A stretch of DNA of 64,000 nucleotides from Candidatus Babeliales bacterium (lineage in GTDB: Bacteria > Babelota > Babeliae > Babelales > JBFXEV01): contig JBFXEV010000001.1 in the NCBI GenBank assembly GCA_050179755.1, positions 1,385,994 through 1,449,993 on the forward strand. Direction: 5' to 3'. Positions within the stretch are counted from its first letter, which is position 1. Each line of letters begins with the position of its first letter. The notes beneath the pieces are model-generated. The model was not told the DNA's origin and did not search any database. It saw nothing but the letters and a program-made list of their open reading frames with translations. This document shows, one piece after another, positions 9,920 to 20,738 of the stretch. The position numbers and the translations under genes are program-made.

Positions 9920-10451
9920 AAAAGAACTGATAGTGCATAGTAACCAAGCAAGAAAGTTATCACTTCTATTATTGCCCTTTTTTGGCTGGCTCGCGTTTGA
10001 TATATTTTCCTATATTTCTGATTGGTCAGTGCTTAACGCTCTTGCCGGCGCGCGTTATATTAAATGGGTGCTTACGTTCGCATTGCTAATATTTCTAGTA
10101 CGTTTGACCGTCATTTTTTGTAGGCTTTTTTGGCGTTATGTAACGAGGGCTCCTGCTGTTGTTCTTAACGATGAAGGTTTATGTCTGGAAAATTTTGGTC
10201 TTATTCCTTGGGAGAACGTGGAGCATCTTGAAAAATGGATTAGTAATCCTTTAAATATACCGGGTGAAGAACTTGTGGGCCTTGCAATCAGCTTTAAGAA
10301 TCCTGAGTTGGTGTTTAATAAAGGTTGGTTACATCAAAAAATAATATATATGTTAAAAACGCATAATTCTTTATATCATGTGCTCGTGCAACATCTTGAT
10401 CGTGATCCTCAGGAAGTTGCCCAGTTTGCCAAGCATTTTATACAAAAGTAA
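9903..10451 (+). CDS. Membrane protein, STM3941/PH-like family
   Basis: Two TM segments then PAVVLNDEGL…GLIPWENV motif. Confidence 0.65.
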   Translation: MQRKSKKELIVHSNQARKLSLLLLPFFGWLAFDIFSYISDWSVLNALAGARYIKWVLTFALLIFLVRLTVIFCRLFWRYVTRAPAVVLNDEGLCLENFGLIPWENVEHLEKWISNPLNIPGEELVGLAISFKNPELVFNKGWLHQKIIYMLKTHNSLYHVLVQHLDRDPQEVAQFAKHFIQK

Positions 10452-10459
10452 ACATAATC

Positions 10460-11047
10460 ATGAAAACCTTGTTACCATTACACAAAGCTTCTAAGCAAAA
10501 TAAAATTGAAAAAGTAAAAGCTTTGCTTGAGCAAGGAGCTGATGTACATGCAAAGGATGTGCATGGAAGAACCGCGCTCCATATTGCAGCTCTTGATGGG
10601 CACCTTGAGGTAGTGAAGCTGTTACTTGCACATGGAGCTACCGTATCAACAAAAGATACTGCTGATAAATTTACGGCGTTAGAACTTGGAGCATGTTATG
10701 GCCATACGCCCGTTGTTATTGCGCTCATTAATCATGGTGCGGATGTGAATACTCTAAGCAAAGATCGCGTGAGTGCGTTACATTTGGCATGTGGCCAAGG
10801 GCATCATGATACAGTTAAAGTATTGTTATCTCATGGTGCTAACATACAAGCAAAAAATAGTCTGGGCAGTACGCCGCTCCATTATGCAGCAGTTACCGGT
10901 CACCTAGCAGTAGTTGAGTTGTTACTTGCGCAGGGGGCTGATGTGCATGCAAAAGGGATGTATGGCGAGACTGCAAAAAATATGGCATTACAAGCTGGTT
11001 ATACAGAAATTGCACATATACTTGAACAGTATGCAACCAATACGTAA
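10460..11047 (+). CDS. Ankyrin repeat protein
   Basis: Consensus G.TALH.AA..GH.EVVKLLL.HGA repeats, no signal peptide. Confidence 0.93.
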   Translation: MKTLLPLHKASKQNKIEKVKALLEQGADVHAKDVHGRTALHIAALDGHLEVVKLLLAHGATVSTKDTADKFTALELGACYGHTPVVIALINHGADVNTLSKDRVSALHLACGQGHHDTVKVLLSHGANIQAKNSLGSTPLHYAAVTGHLAVVELLLAQGADVHAKGMYGETAKNMALQAGYTEIAHILEQYATNT

Positions 11048-11170
11048 TGGATTTAAGTCCCCTTTGGCCAAGGACCAATTTTGTAAACAAGGGGTAATAA
11101 TGGTATGCTTTATGTTAATAGTAGTGGCTATATTATATCTATAAAATTTTACTAATAGTAAATAAACGAC

Positions 11171-11650
11171 GTGAATCAAGTGCAACAAACTTTTGCTGAA
11201 ATAAGCAAAAATCTAATTGGGCAAAAAGTCAGCGCTATTAAATTAGGCGTTGGCAGTTTTTTAACTCTTGATTTTGGCCAGTTGCATACAAAACTTACAA
11301 AAACCAAAACAGGAAAAGAACTGATTCATACGTTTGGGGAATGGCATCTGTGGGTATATATGTGTGCTTGGCGAATTGATAAAAATGGAAAGCCATATAT
11401 TGCTTCATCTGATGATCGCACAAAAATTGCTCAAATAATAAAAGAACTTTTTGACACTGTTCTTACAAAATGGGAATTGTTAAATCCTTCATTGGATACT
11501 AAATGGTATTTTGATGATCATATAACGCTCACGTTATTTAATACCAGCACTGAAGATGAAGATCAATGGTTGTTATTTACGCCTGAAGACATGGTATTAA
11601 CCATTGGTCCCGGTGATACGTGGACGTACCAGCCTTCTGGTGCCAATTAA
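11171..11650 (+). CDS. Hypothetical protein, immunity-like beta-rich family
   Basis: 159-aa ORF; GSFLTLDFG…GEWHLWVYMCAWRI…SSDD motif. Confidence 0.65.
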   Translation: MNQVQQTFAEISKNLIGQKVSAIKLGVGSFLTLDFGQLHTKLTKTKTGKELIHTFGEWHLWVYMCAWRIDKNGKPYIASSDDRTKIAQIIKELFDTVLTKWELLNPSLDTKWYFDDHITLTLFNTSTEDEDQWLLFTPEDMVLTIGPGDTWTYQPSGAN

Positions 11651-11675
11651 ATTTACTTACATTGCAGGAATATGA

Positions 11676-12437
11676 ATGCAAACTTTTTCAAAAGAATCAT
11701 TAGTAGATGCTGTACTGCATAATGATGTATCACGAGCAACAGCTCTGCTTGCACAAGGCATTGATGTAAATGATAAAAATGTGCATGGCTGGACGGCGTT
11801 ACATCTTGCTGCACAATGTGGGCAAAAAGAGCTTGTGGAATTGTTGCTCAGCCATGGTGCTCAAATTCAAAATAAAGGTACTTGTGATATTACGCCACTC
11901 CATTTGGCGTCACTTACCGGGCAATCTGAAGTTGTTATGGTGTTGCTAGCGCATGATGCGTGGGTGGATGCTCAAGATCAAATTGGTAGAACACCGCTCC
12001 ATATGGCAGCACAGGGTGGAAATGTTGATGTTGTTGCATTTTTGCTTGCACGTGATGCAAACATGTACCTTAAAGAAAATATGCAAGGCCATACTCCTTT
12101 AAAAGTCGCACAAGCTCATGGCAATCAAGCGGTAGTCGATTTGTTTCTTGAACAGCAAGCATTCCAAATAAATGATGCTGCTTATGAAGATAACAAAGAA
12201 CAGGTCGCTTATTTGCTATCACAAGGTGTTTCTATTAACGCAAAAACTGATGATGCAAGGCCGTTGCTGCGTGCTGCATTTGAAGGTCACAAGGAAATGG
12301 TAGAATTGCTGCTTGCACATGGGGCTGATGTTCAAATAACAGATCAAGATGGTAATACAGCTGCCATGCTTGCGCAAGAAGAAGGCCATACAGAAATTGT
12401 GCAGTTACTTGAGCAGCACGGAAAAAATAAAATTTAA
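11676..12437 (+). CDS. Ankyrin repeat protein (two fused capped units)
   Basis: Ankyrin consensus repeats; internal C-cap/N-cap junction near aa 160. Confidence 0.93.
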   Translation: MQTFSKESLVDAVLHNDVSRATALLAQGIDVNDKNVHGWTALHLAAQCGQKELVELLLSHGAQIQNKGTCDITPLHLASLTGQSEVVMVLLAHDAWVDAQDQIGRTPLHMAAQGGNVDVVAFLLARDANMYLKENMQGHTPLKVAQAHGNQAVVDLFLEQQAFQINDAAYEDNKEQVAYLLSQGVSINAKTDDARPLLRAAFEGHKEMVELLLAHGADVQITDQDGNTAAMLAQEEGHTEIVQLLEQHGKNKI

Positions 12438-12451
12438 TTTAGGGGCGATAA

Positions 12452-13429
12452 ATGCAAAATTTTTCTATTGAAGCATGGATTGATGCAGTATCAAAGAATA
12501 ATATTCCACAAGTAAAAACATTGCTTGCACAAGGTATTGACCTTAATAGTAAAGATACCCATGGTACGGCATTACATTATGCAGCCAATTATGATTATCA
12601 AGAACTGGTTGAATTATTAATTGCGAGTGGCGCTGATATACATGCAAAAAATAAACAAAACTGGACTCCATTACATACTGCCTCGCAATATGGATCTCTA
12701 AAAAGTGCCCACATATTAATAGCACATGGTGCAGATGTACATGCAAAAGATTTAGATAATTATAGTCCATTACATTATGCAGCCGCGGAAAATTTTGGAA
12801 ACATAGCTGAATTATTAATAATGAGTGGTGCTGTAGTGGACGCAAGGACTGAATATAATTGGACTGCATTACACCTTGCAATTCAGAATGGCTTAGAAAA
12901 AATTGTAGCATTATTAATAGCGAGCGGCGCTCAAGTGAATGATGTTATAGATAAGCAGACGCCATTACAGAAGGCTTCTCTTTATGGTTATGAAAAAATA
13001 GTGCAACTATTACTAGAGCATGGTGCTGACGTGAATGCAAAAAATGATGATGGCTGGACTGTGTTAATGCTGGCTTGCCTCTCCGGGCATAAAAAAGTTG
13101 TAGAATTACTCATAGCTTTTGCTGCAGATGTTAATGCCAAAAGTATAGACAATTGGACTGCATTACATGTTGTTTCACAAAATGGACACGGAGCGGTAGC
13201 TGAATTGCTTATAGCTGGTGCTGCAGATGTTAATATAGTCAGTGGTGCTGGCACTGCTTTGCACTTGGCAGCATTTGAAGGATACAAAGAAATAGTCGCA
13301 TTACTGCTCTCACATGGGGCTGATATAACACTACTCGATAGAGATAACAAGACAGCTGCCATGATTGCGCAAGAAGAAGGCCATACAGAAATTCTGAAAC
13401 TATTAAATCAGTATGTAAAGAACGACTAG
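12452..13429 (+). CDS. Ankyrin repeat protein
   Basis: About nine consensus repeats, AGGGG RBS. Confidence 0.93.
   Translation: MQNFSIEAWIDAVSKNNIPQVKTLLAQGIDLNSKDTHGTALHYAANYDYQELVELLIASGADIHAKNKQNWTPLHTASQYGSLKSAHILIAHGADVHAKDLDNYSPLHYAAAENFGNIAELLIMSGAVVDARTEYNWTALHLAIQNGLEKIVALLIASGAQVNDVIDKQTPLQKASLYGYEKIVQLLLEHGADVNAKNDDGWTVLMLACLSGHKKVVELLIAFAADVNAKSIDNWTALHVVSQNGHGAVAELLIAGAADVNIVSGAGTALHLAAFEGYKEIVALLLSHGADITLLDRDNKTAAMIAQEEGHTEILKLLNQYVKND
13226..13393 (+). repeat. Near-identical direct repeat (last ankyrin repeat plus C-cap), copy 1
   Basis: Matches 14687-14854 (offset 1461), including most synonymous sites. Confidence 0.85.
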
Positions 13430-13437
13430 GACTATCT

Positions 13438-14127
13438 ATGAAAAGTTCATCAACATTTGAGCTACATAAAGCAATTGAACAAAATAATATCTCACTCGTT
13501 CAATCATTACTTGCTGAGGGAGCAGATCTTAATGCCAAAAATATAGAAGGTATGACAGCCTTTGAACTTGCAGCAAGTTGTGGGCACATCGAAATTATTC
13601 TTTTATTAATCAAAAGTGGCGCTGCTGTACATGCAACAAATAACTCTCATTCAACACCTCTACATGATGCATCTGCTAGTGGCCAAAAAAAGATTGTTCA
13701 AGTACTAATTGACCATGGTGCACATGTAAACGCAAAAGCAGATAAGAATATTACTCCTCTACATATGGCCACATTGAATGGCCATCAAGAAGTAGTTGCA
13801 TTATTGTTGGCACATAACGCTGATATGGAGGTGCAGGAAAGTGTAAAAGATCTTACCGCTTTAGAACTTGCATCTGCGCGAGGTCACCGTGAAATTGTTG
13901 CCTTACTTCTCATGCATGGTGCCAAGGTGAATGCAAAGTCTAAAGGAAGAACAGCATTGCAGTTTGCAGCAGCCTATGGCCACATAGAAGTCGTAGAGAT
14001 GTTACTAACCAGTGGAGCAGATACCACCATTAAAGACGAAACTGATCTTACTGCCGATATGATTGCGCTGAGGGAAGGTTACGTAGAAATTGCACATTTG
14101 ATTGTGCAATATGAAAATACAAAATAA
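13438..14127 (+). CDS. Ankyrin repeat protein
   Basis: Consensus repeats with N- and C-caps. Confidence 0.93.
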   Translation: MKSSSTFELHKAIEQNNISLVQSLLAEGADLNAKNIEGMTAFELAASCGHIEIILLLIKSGAAVHATNNSHSTPLHDASASGQKKIVQVLIDHGAHVNAKADKNITPLHMATLNGHQEVVALLLAHNADMEVQESVKDLTALELASARGHREIVALLLMHGAKVNAKSKGRTALQFAAAYGHIEVVEMLLTSGADTTIKDETDLTADMIALREGYVEIAHLIVQYENTK

Positions 14128-14197
14128 GCTTTGAGATTTGGCAAAGCAACTTCAATACTAAAAAAAATTGGTAGCGTTATAAACAGTAAGGCCAAGT

Positions 14198-14875
14198 GTG
14201 CAAAAATTCCCCAAACTAGTATTGCATAAAGCAGCATCAAAAAATGATATCGCCCAAGTAAAAACGCTCTTGGCGCATGGTGCTCATGTTAATGCAAAAG
14301 ATACAAAGAATAGGACCGCTTTGCATCATGCAGCAGAACGTGGTTATTTAGAGATAGTTACTTTGTTGCTTGCACAGGGAGCAGATGTTAATGCCAAAGA
14401 CGCTATAGATGGTGGTTTTACGCCATTACAATGTGCAGCTTGGCGTGGTCACACGGAAGTTGTTAAATTACTGCTAAAGCATGGTGCTGATGTACATGCA
14501 AAAACCGCCGGTGGATGGACTTCTTTATCTTTTGCAGCACAGGCTGGTCATAAGGAAGTCATTGCAGCATTATTGGCACATGGAGCACAGATGAATGCAA
14601 AAGATGGCCTTGATTGGACAGCGTTACAAATGGCAGCATCCCATGGGCATACAGATGTGGTTGAATTACTGCTGGTGCATGGTGCTGATGTGAATATAGC
14701 CAGTGATGCTGGCACTGCTTTGCACCTTGCAGCATTTGAAGGATACAAAGAAATAGTCCAGTTACTGCTCTCACATGGTGCTGATATAACACTACTCGAT
14801 AGAGATAGCAAGACAGCAGCTATGATTGCGCAAGCAGAAGGCCATCAAGAAATTGTAGAGCTTTTTAAGATATAG
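14198..14875 (+). CDS. Ankyrin repeat protein
   Basis: Consensus repeats; GTG start; C-cap ends abruptly in the overlap with the convergent gene. Confidence 0.92.
   Translation: MQKFPKLVLHKAASKNDIAQVKTLLAHGAHVNAKDTKNRTALHHAAERGYLEIVTLLLAQGADVNAKDAIDGGFTPLQCAAWRGHTEVVKLLLKHGADVHAKTAGGWTSLSFAAQAGHKEVIAALLAHGAQMNAKDGLDWTALQMAASHGHTDVVELLLVHGADVNIASDAGTALHLAAFEGYKEIVQLLLSHGADITLLDRDSKTAAMIAQAEGHQEIVELFKI
14687..14854 (+). repeat. Near-identical direct repeat, copy 2
   Basis: Matches 13226-13393. Confidence 0.85.
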
Positions 14876-16113
14876 TTTGCTACCGCAGGACCTGTAAATT
14901 CTACTTCTTTTAATTTCGGCACATAATCTTTGCCAAGTGGTACGGTTTCTTGAAAATAATGTCTTTCAGGCGGCGTAAAATTCCATAATTTGTTAAATAC
15001 GTTTCCGTGCGTATCGCGAGCCATAACTATATATCGTTCAAATTCACTTGATAGGTCACGATAAATCACAATTAATTTGCCTGCTTCTATGAGTGAATAG
15101 GCATAGCCGCTTTTTAAAGGAGGTGGTGGATATACTTTGTACACAATGTGACAACCAGTATCTTTAATATTCGTAGATACTCCAGCAGCAAGCAATAGTT
15201 TAACAATATCCTGCCGGTTGTTATGGCAAGCATAATGTAAAACAGTGCCTTCATAGCCATAGTTAGGATCAATAGCAAAAACGGTGCTACAGTAATGAGG
15301 ATTGTTTACAAATTCAATAATATGCTTGATCGCGTTATATGAATGTTCTTGATAAATCAGCAAGCCAACAATGCGGCATAAATCAGCAAGTGCTGCTCCT
15401 TTGGCCATAAAAAGATCAACAAGTTCTATCGAGGGAACTGCATATGCACAAAAAAGGTAAAAATCTTCAGGTGTTGCTTCTATATTGCATTCACCAAGCA
15501 AAAATACTAAGACTTCATTAGGCGCCCGAGCTGCAAGCGGTATTGATAAATTAAAATTGTCAGTGGTAGCTCCTGCCATAATCAATAACTCGCCGTTGGC
15601 GACACTGTTTTTAAATGTGGTTTTTACTTCATGGTCCATAGAATAATCTGCATACCCAAAACAATAAGCAAATGATGTTTTAATAGACTTTGGACCATTT
15701 GGATCTGCCCCATATTTGAGCAAGAGTTCCGTATATGCAGCAGGTTTATCATTGATACTCAGAACAGTGAGCGTAGTATGCTCATCACGATGAGTTGGAA
15801 AATACGCATCATTGGGATTTGCGCCTCTTTCAAGAAGCAGTTCGAGCACTTTGATATCAGTTGTATATTCACAAGCCCATAATAGTGGAGTTCTATCACT
15901 TTCATCCTTGCGAGCTCTTACATCAGCGCCATGATCAAGTAATAAACGGATAATCTCAATAGATGAATCTAGCTTGCAAGCATAAGAAAGCGGTGTACAA
16001 TGCGTGGCATAAAAATTAAGATCAATACCATTTTTGATAAGCTCACTTAAGCTTTGCTCATTGAGCTCTTTATCTTTAATTAATGTATAGAGGGTAATTA
16101 AAGGATTGATCAT
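14845..16113 (-). CDS. Divergent ankyrin repeat protein with unrecognised C-terminal domain
   Basis: TPLSYAC…LLLDHGADV, TPLLWAC…LLERGANPN, TVLHYAC…LLLAAG. Confidence 0.85.
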   Translation of the reverse strand: MINPLITLYTLIKDKELNEQSLSELIKNGIDLNFYATHCTPLSYACKLDSSIEIIRLLLDHGADVRARKDESDRTPLLWACEYTTDIKVLELLLERGANPNDAYFPTHRDEHTTLTVLSINDKPAAYTELLLKYGADPNGPKSIKTSFAYCFGYADYSMDHEVKTTFKNSVANGELLIMAGATTDNFNLSIPLAARAPNEVLVFLLGECNIEATPEDFYLFCAYAVPSIELVDLFMAKGAALADLCRIVGLLIYQEHSYNAIKHIIEFVNNPHYCSTVFAIDPNYGYEGTVLHYACHNNRQDIVKLLLAAGVSTNIKDTGCHIVYKVYPPPPLKSGYAYSLIEAGKLIVIYRDLSSEFERYIVMARDTHGNVFNKLWNFTPPERHYFQETVPLGKDYVPKLKEVEFTGPAVANYILKSSTIS

Positions 16114-16325
16114 GCAAAGGAACCTTGCAAATTTTCTATGCTATCTTTTACAAATAAAACTAGATCAATCTTATCAAAATAAGATTTTTATACAATCTGT
16201 AACGAAAGGCCAAGTACGAGCCTGCATGTTGCTTGAGCAAACAGTTAAATAAGATATAATAGTATAATATATCTAGTTTCTATAAAAAATTCATAATAGA
16301 AATTATATAACTAAACGGTACTCTT

Positions 16326-16739
16326 GTGAATATTAGCCACTATACTTCTTACTTTCATGATGGATCAATTATTGCGATTCAGCATAAAAATACTGAACTT
16401 TTAATTTCAATGGAGAGTGCTGAACTATCACGTGATGATCTGACTGAAGATATCACCCTTTCAGAGCATAGCTCGCTAAAAGGTATTTTACATCTTAAGA
16501 GAATAAAGAGTATATACGTTGACGAGCAGGCTTTTATAGGAAAATTGGTTACGCATGCTACAAAAAGCAGCCGCATATTAGATTTTTCTATTAAAGGCAC
16601 AAAAGTGCATTTTTTTATCGAGTGGAGCACAATACCAGTAAATCCATTACTTGATGAGTTCAATGATATTGTTGTTGAAGCAGACGAGATTTATTGGGAA
16701 AACAAACCTGATCTGTATGACCATTTTGGTAAAGGATAA
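16326..16739 (+). CDS. Hypothetical protein with N-terminal FHDG motif (Imm50-like, tentative)
   Basis: 137-aa ORF, YFHDGSIIAI start, beta-rich; heads the second ankyrin cluster. Confidence 0.6.
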   Translation: MNISHYTSYFHDGSIIAIQHKNTELLISMESAELSRDDLTEDITLSEHSSLKGILHLKRIKSIYVDEQAFIGKLVTHATKSSRILDFSIKGTKVHFFIEWSTIPVNPLLDEFNDIVVEADEIYWENKPDLYDHFGKG

Positions 16740-16747
16740 CCTCAACC

Positions 16748-17161
16748 ATGGTATTGAGTGCGCAAGAGCAACTTACTGTAACTAACCTCATTCCTGTTAT
16801 GAAAAAATTATTCCCGGAATTAGAACCACGATTTGCTGAGCGTCAACAGGATCTTGAGGGTGTATCTGCTGGTCTTCATTTTATATATGTATTTTGTCCG
16901 TTTTTAAGAACATTTCTGGATTCAGAGCAACCACACCCAAATCTACTTGGCAAGCGATTATTTGCATATCTTGAAAGTATGTCACAAAGTTCTGATATTA
17001 GAGTGTCAGAAATACTTGCATATCACATTTTAGAAAGTCTCAGTCACAAGCAGTTGGAAATTGCCAAAATATACATGGGCTCCAAGACTAAAGAAATACT
17101 CAAGGAAGTGGAAGAGTTTTGGGAAAAAGTAGGAAAATGGCAAACCACAAGGAAATGTTAA
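16748..17161 (+). CDS. Small helical immunity-like protein (DUF7674-like); paralog of 9485-9919
   Basis: HPNLLGKRLFAYLESM…ILESLSHKQLEIAKIYMGSKTKEIL. Confidence 0.7.
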   Translation: MVLSAQEQLTVTNLIPVMKKLFPELEPRFAERQQDLEGVSAGLHFIYVFCPFLRTFLDSEQPHPNLLGKRLFAYLESMSQSSDIRVSEILAYHILESLSHKQLEIAKIYMGSKTKEILKEVEEFWEKVGKWQTTRKC

Positions 17162-18159
17162 TGGAACACACAAAAAAGCACGTATGGTTTAATGCCATAC
17201 TTGAAAATAACTTGCCAGAAGTAGAAATGCTTATTGAGCAAGGAATTGACGTAAATACGCAAAATAGCGATGGTCAAACTGCATTGCACTTGGCAGCTCA
17301 ACAGGCTCATGATGAATTAGTGTATGTGCTCATAATTTCTAAAATGAATGTGCATATAAAAGACAATCGTGGTAATAATGCACTGCATGTGGCAGCGCTG
17401 AATGGGCACCAAGTAATAATGCAATCTCTTATTGATTATGGTGTAGATGCTGAGTTGGTCAAACATATGGATATTGCGCTTGATCTTCTTGCACTCAATA
17501 ACAACGGCAAAACAGCGCGCATGCTTGCTTTAGAGCATGGTCACACCGAGATTGCCCAAATTTTACAGCAAGAAGAATGGGGCACTGCAATTGCAAAAAA
17601 TGATATTGAACAAGTAAAAATGCTACTTCAAGAAGTAATCAGTGAGGACATGAAAGATTTTGGTTTACGTGTGGCAGTAAGATGGAAACATATTGAAATT
17701 ATCAAACTGTTTCTTGTGAGTGGTTTTGATACAAATATAAAAAACCATTTTGGGGAAACTGCTTTTTATGAAGTGATAACTAGTGGGAATACAACTCTCA
17801 TTGAATTATTTCTTAATCATGGCGCAGATGTGCATGTTAAGACTACGCAAGGTGAAACTGTCTTGCATTGCGCAGTCAGATGCGGGCATAAGGAAATTGC
17901 AGAGCTTTTAATCGAGCACGGCGTTGATATGCACATACCAACGCGAAGGGAAGAAACGTTACTACATATTGCTTGTAAATATGGGCACATTGGTATTGTT
18001 GAATGGCTACTGCACTGCAATATAAATGTGAATGCCCGCAACAGATCCAATGAAACTGCTTTAGATTGCGTTTTAGACCGTTTTTCTAATGAAGAACATT
18101 TTGATAAGATAGCAGATCTTTTGAGAGCCCATGGCGCGCAGGAACAAAAAGGTCTTTAA
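17161..18159 (+). CDS. Ankyrin repeat protein (two fused units)
   Basis: Ankyrin repeats; TAATG stop/start overlap with the upstream gene. Confidence 0.92.
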   Translation: MEHTKKHVWFNAILENNLPEVEMLIEQGIDVNTQNSDGQTALHLAAQQAHDELVYVLIISKMNVHIKDNRGNNALHVAALNGHQVIMQSLIDYGVDAELVKHMDIALDLLALNNNGKTARMLALEHGHTEIAQILQQEEWGTAIAKNDIEQVKMLLQEVISEDMKDFGLRVAVRWKHIEIIKLFLVSGFDTNIKNHFGETAFYEVITSGNTTLIELFLNHGADVHVKTTQGETVLHCAVRCGHKEIAELLIEHGVDMHIPTRREETLLHIACKYGHIGIVEWLLHCNINVNARNRSNETALDCVLDRFSNEEHFDKIADLLRAHGAQEQKGL

Positions 18160-19325
18160 TGCAAGATTTATACACAGAATTGTTTGATGCATTAGAAGAC
18201 AATAATCTTATTGTTATCAATGAATTACTCTTGCAAGGAGTTGATGCCAATGCTAAAACCAACCATGGTAGTGCCTTGCACATGGCCGCACGCTGGGGTT
18301 CTCAAGAAACTATAAAATTGCTCTTAGAGTATGGTGCTAATGTGCATGCGCAAGACTTTATGCAACGCACCGCTTTGCATTGGGCGGCATGCAAGGGAAC
18401 AATAGAAATAATTAAATTACTTCTTGCAGCAGGTGCTGATATTCATGCCCAAGACTATGAGGGCAAAACTGCCTTGCACATGGTAACTAATAAAAATTCT
18501 CTTGATCTATTACTCTCTTATGGAGCTGATATTAAAGCACAAGATGACTATGGCAACACTCCTTTGCACGCAATAGCTTCTGGTGAAAATGCGGAACGAA
18601 CAGATGCTCCTAATCTTGTAAAAGTAGTGGCAACATTGCTTGAGCGAGGTGCCGATCCTCATGCAGTAAACAATGCTTATTCAACTCCTTTGTTCGATGC
18701 TATAAGCAGTGCTGATTCAGAAAATTGGATCAACCCTCAAGAAGATGATCCAAACATTGCCATTATCAAATTATTGCTCGCTGCCAATGCAAATGTAAAT
18801 GTACAAGAAAAGCACAATGGTTGGGCCCCATTACATTTTATAGCCTATCGCAATCATGCACGAATGATACCGTTACTGCTTGCGCACGGTGCAGATATTA
18901 ATATTAAAAATAATACAGGTGAGACTCCATTGCATATGGCAGTGGCGCAAAGTAATTTAAAAATAGTCAAACTGCTCTTAGAAGCTGGAGCTCAGGTGAA
19001 TGTAAAAGATTGCAACCTGATAACACCACTTCACATTGCAGTTAGTTTTGATTCCTTTGAAAGGTCAAAAGAAGAAGTTCGATGGACTGCGTCAAAAAAT
19101 GAACGTCAATATACTTTACATCCGCTTCCCTATGAACATGAGAATTATAAATCTTGTTTTGAAATGCATTATGGGCTCAAAGAAGTAGTTACATTATTAT
19201 TAGAATACGGCGCCGATCGCGCAGCACAAAATAAAGATGGCAAAACGCCACATATGATCGCGCTTGAAAAAGGGCATAGTGAAATTGCTCAGATGCTTGA
19301 AGAATATGAGAAAAAGCTTCAATAG
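18159..19325 (+). CDS. Ankyrin repeat protein with loop insertions
   Basis: Ankyrin repeats; TAATG overlap. Confidence 0.93.
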   Translation: MQDLYTELFDALEDNNLIVINELLLQGVDANAKTNHGSALHMAARWGSQETIKLLLEYGANVHAQDFMQRTALHWAACKGTIEIIKLLLAAGADIHAQDYEGKTALHMVTNKNSLDLLLSYGADIKAQDDYGNTPLHAIASGENAERTDAPNLVKVVATLLERGADPHAVNNAYSTPLFDAISSADSENWINPQEDDPNIAIIKLLLAANANVNVQEKHNGWAPLHFIAYRNHARMIPLLLAHGADINIKNNTGETPLHMAVAQSNLKIVKLLLEAGAQVNVKDCNLITPLHIAVSFDSFERSKEEVRWTASKNERQYTLHPLPYEHENYKSCFEMHYGLKEVVTLLLEYGADRAAQNKDGKTPHMIALEKGHSEIAQMLEEYEKKLQ

Positions 19326-19346
19326 CAAGCGATAGTGCTTTTTAAT

Positions 19347-20684
19347 ATGCAAAAAAATAACGATGAAAAGTTGATAGATGCAATTCATGCAAATGATGTC
19401 GCTGCAGTAAAAAAAATCATTGATCAAGGCTTTGCTGTAGACACAGTCTATCTTTATAACGAGACAGCTTTACACATAGCAGCATATTGGGGTTATACAG
19501 AGATCGTTGAATTATTACTGAAGCATAAAGCTGATCCAAATATACAAGCGAGTATCGATAATTGTGGTATTGTGCCTTTGCATTATGCAGTATGTAGAGG
19601 TTTTACCAAAATAGTAGCGTTATTACTAGCACATGGTGCTAACGTGCATATTCAAAACAGAAATGAAAATACGGCACTTCACTATGCTTGTGACCATGGT
19701 TATCTAGAAATTGTTCAATTATTAGTAACGCATGGCGCACATATAAATGCAAAAGGTTTGCATGGACAAACTCCTTTGCATGAAGCTTTGCCTAAACATA
19801 CAGAAATCGTTCAATTATTACTGGATAATAAAGCCGATGTTCAAAGAAAAGATGACTTTGGTCGAATTGCGTTGCATTGTGCAAGATGGATAGAAAATAA
19901 AGGAATACTTCAGCAGCTTATAGATCGTGGCGCTGATATTCATGCTCAAGATGATTATGGAAAGAATGTGCTTCATTATGCTGCTGCAGGCCACAGTCAG
20001 GAAATGATATTATTTTTAATATCCTTAGGTGCCAATATTCATGCAACAACTAAGGACGGCTCTACCCCTTTACATACGGCAACGAATGATGTTGGAATAT
20101 GCAAAATATTACTTGAGCATGGTGCAGATGTGCATGCGCAAGATGAATCTCAAGAAACGCCATTGTTTAAGGCAACATGTTTTTATCCCAACAATGAAGT
20201 TATTGAATTATTGCTTCAAAATGGTGCCTGCACAAATATCAAAAATGCTGAAGGAATAACGCTTCTAGATAAAGCATTTTCTCTTTACTATGAATCGCTT
20301 ATAGAACTAGAAGAAGACCTTGAATCAGATCTTCTCAGAATGATTGAATTATTGCTCATATATGGTGCTGATCCAAATGTGCAAAATAGCTATGGTAATA
20401 CAATTTTGCATCGAGCGTCTATGAATTTTGCAGGTGAAAAGATAGTACAATTATTATTACAGCATCACGCAAATCCAAACATACTAAATAATGACACTAA
20501 TACAGCGCTTCATTTGGCATCAGCAAACGGAAATAAAGAAGCGGTTGCAATGCTTATTGCATATGGGGCTGATAATAAAATAATGGATGCAGAAGGTAAA
20601 ACGGCTTGTATGTTAGCATTGCAGCAAGAGCACATAGAAATTGTTCAAATGCTAGAAGAGTACGAAAAACGTACGTTGGCATAA
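19347..20684 (+). CDS. Ankyrin repeat protein
   Basis: About twelve ankyrin repeats with caps. Confidence 0.93.
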   Translation: MQKNNDEKLIDAIHANDVAAVKKIIDQGFAVDTVYLYNETALHIAAYWGYTEIVELLLKHKADPNIQASIDNCGIVPLHYAVCRGFTKIVALLLAHGANVHIQNRNENTALHYACDHGYLEIVQLLVTHGAHINAKGLHGQTPLHEALPKHTEIVQLLLDNKADVQRKDDFGRIALHCARWIENKGILQQLIDRGADIHAQDDYGKNVLHYAAAGHSQEMILFLISLGANIHATTKDGSTPLHTATNDVGICKILLEHGADVHAQDESQETPLFKATCFYPNNEVIELLLQNGACTNIKNAEGITLLDKAFSLYYESLIELEEDLESDLLRMIELLLIYGADPNVQNSYGNTILHRASMNFAGEKIVQLLLQHHANPNILNNDTNTALHLASANGNKEAVAMLIAYGADNKIMDAEGKTACMLALQQEHIEIVQMLEEYEKRTLA

Positions 20685-20738
20685 TGCATGCGATGTAAGA
20701 ATAGAATTAAAGAATACATTTAACTGAAAGACTTTTTT

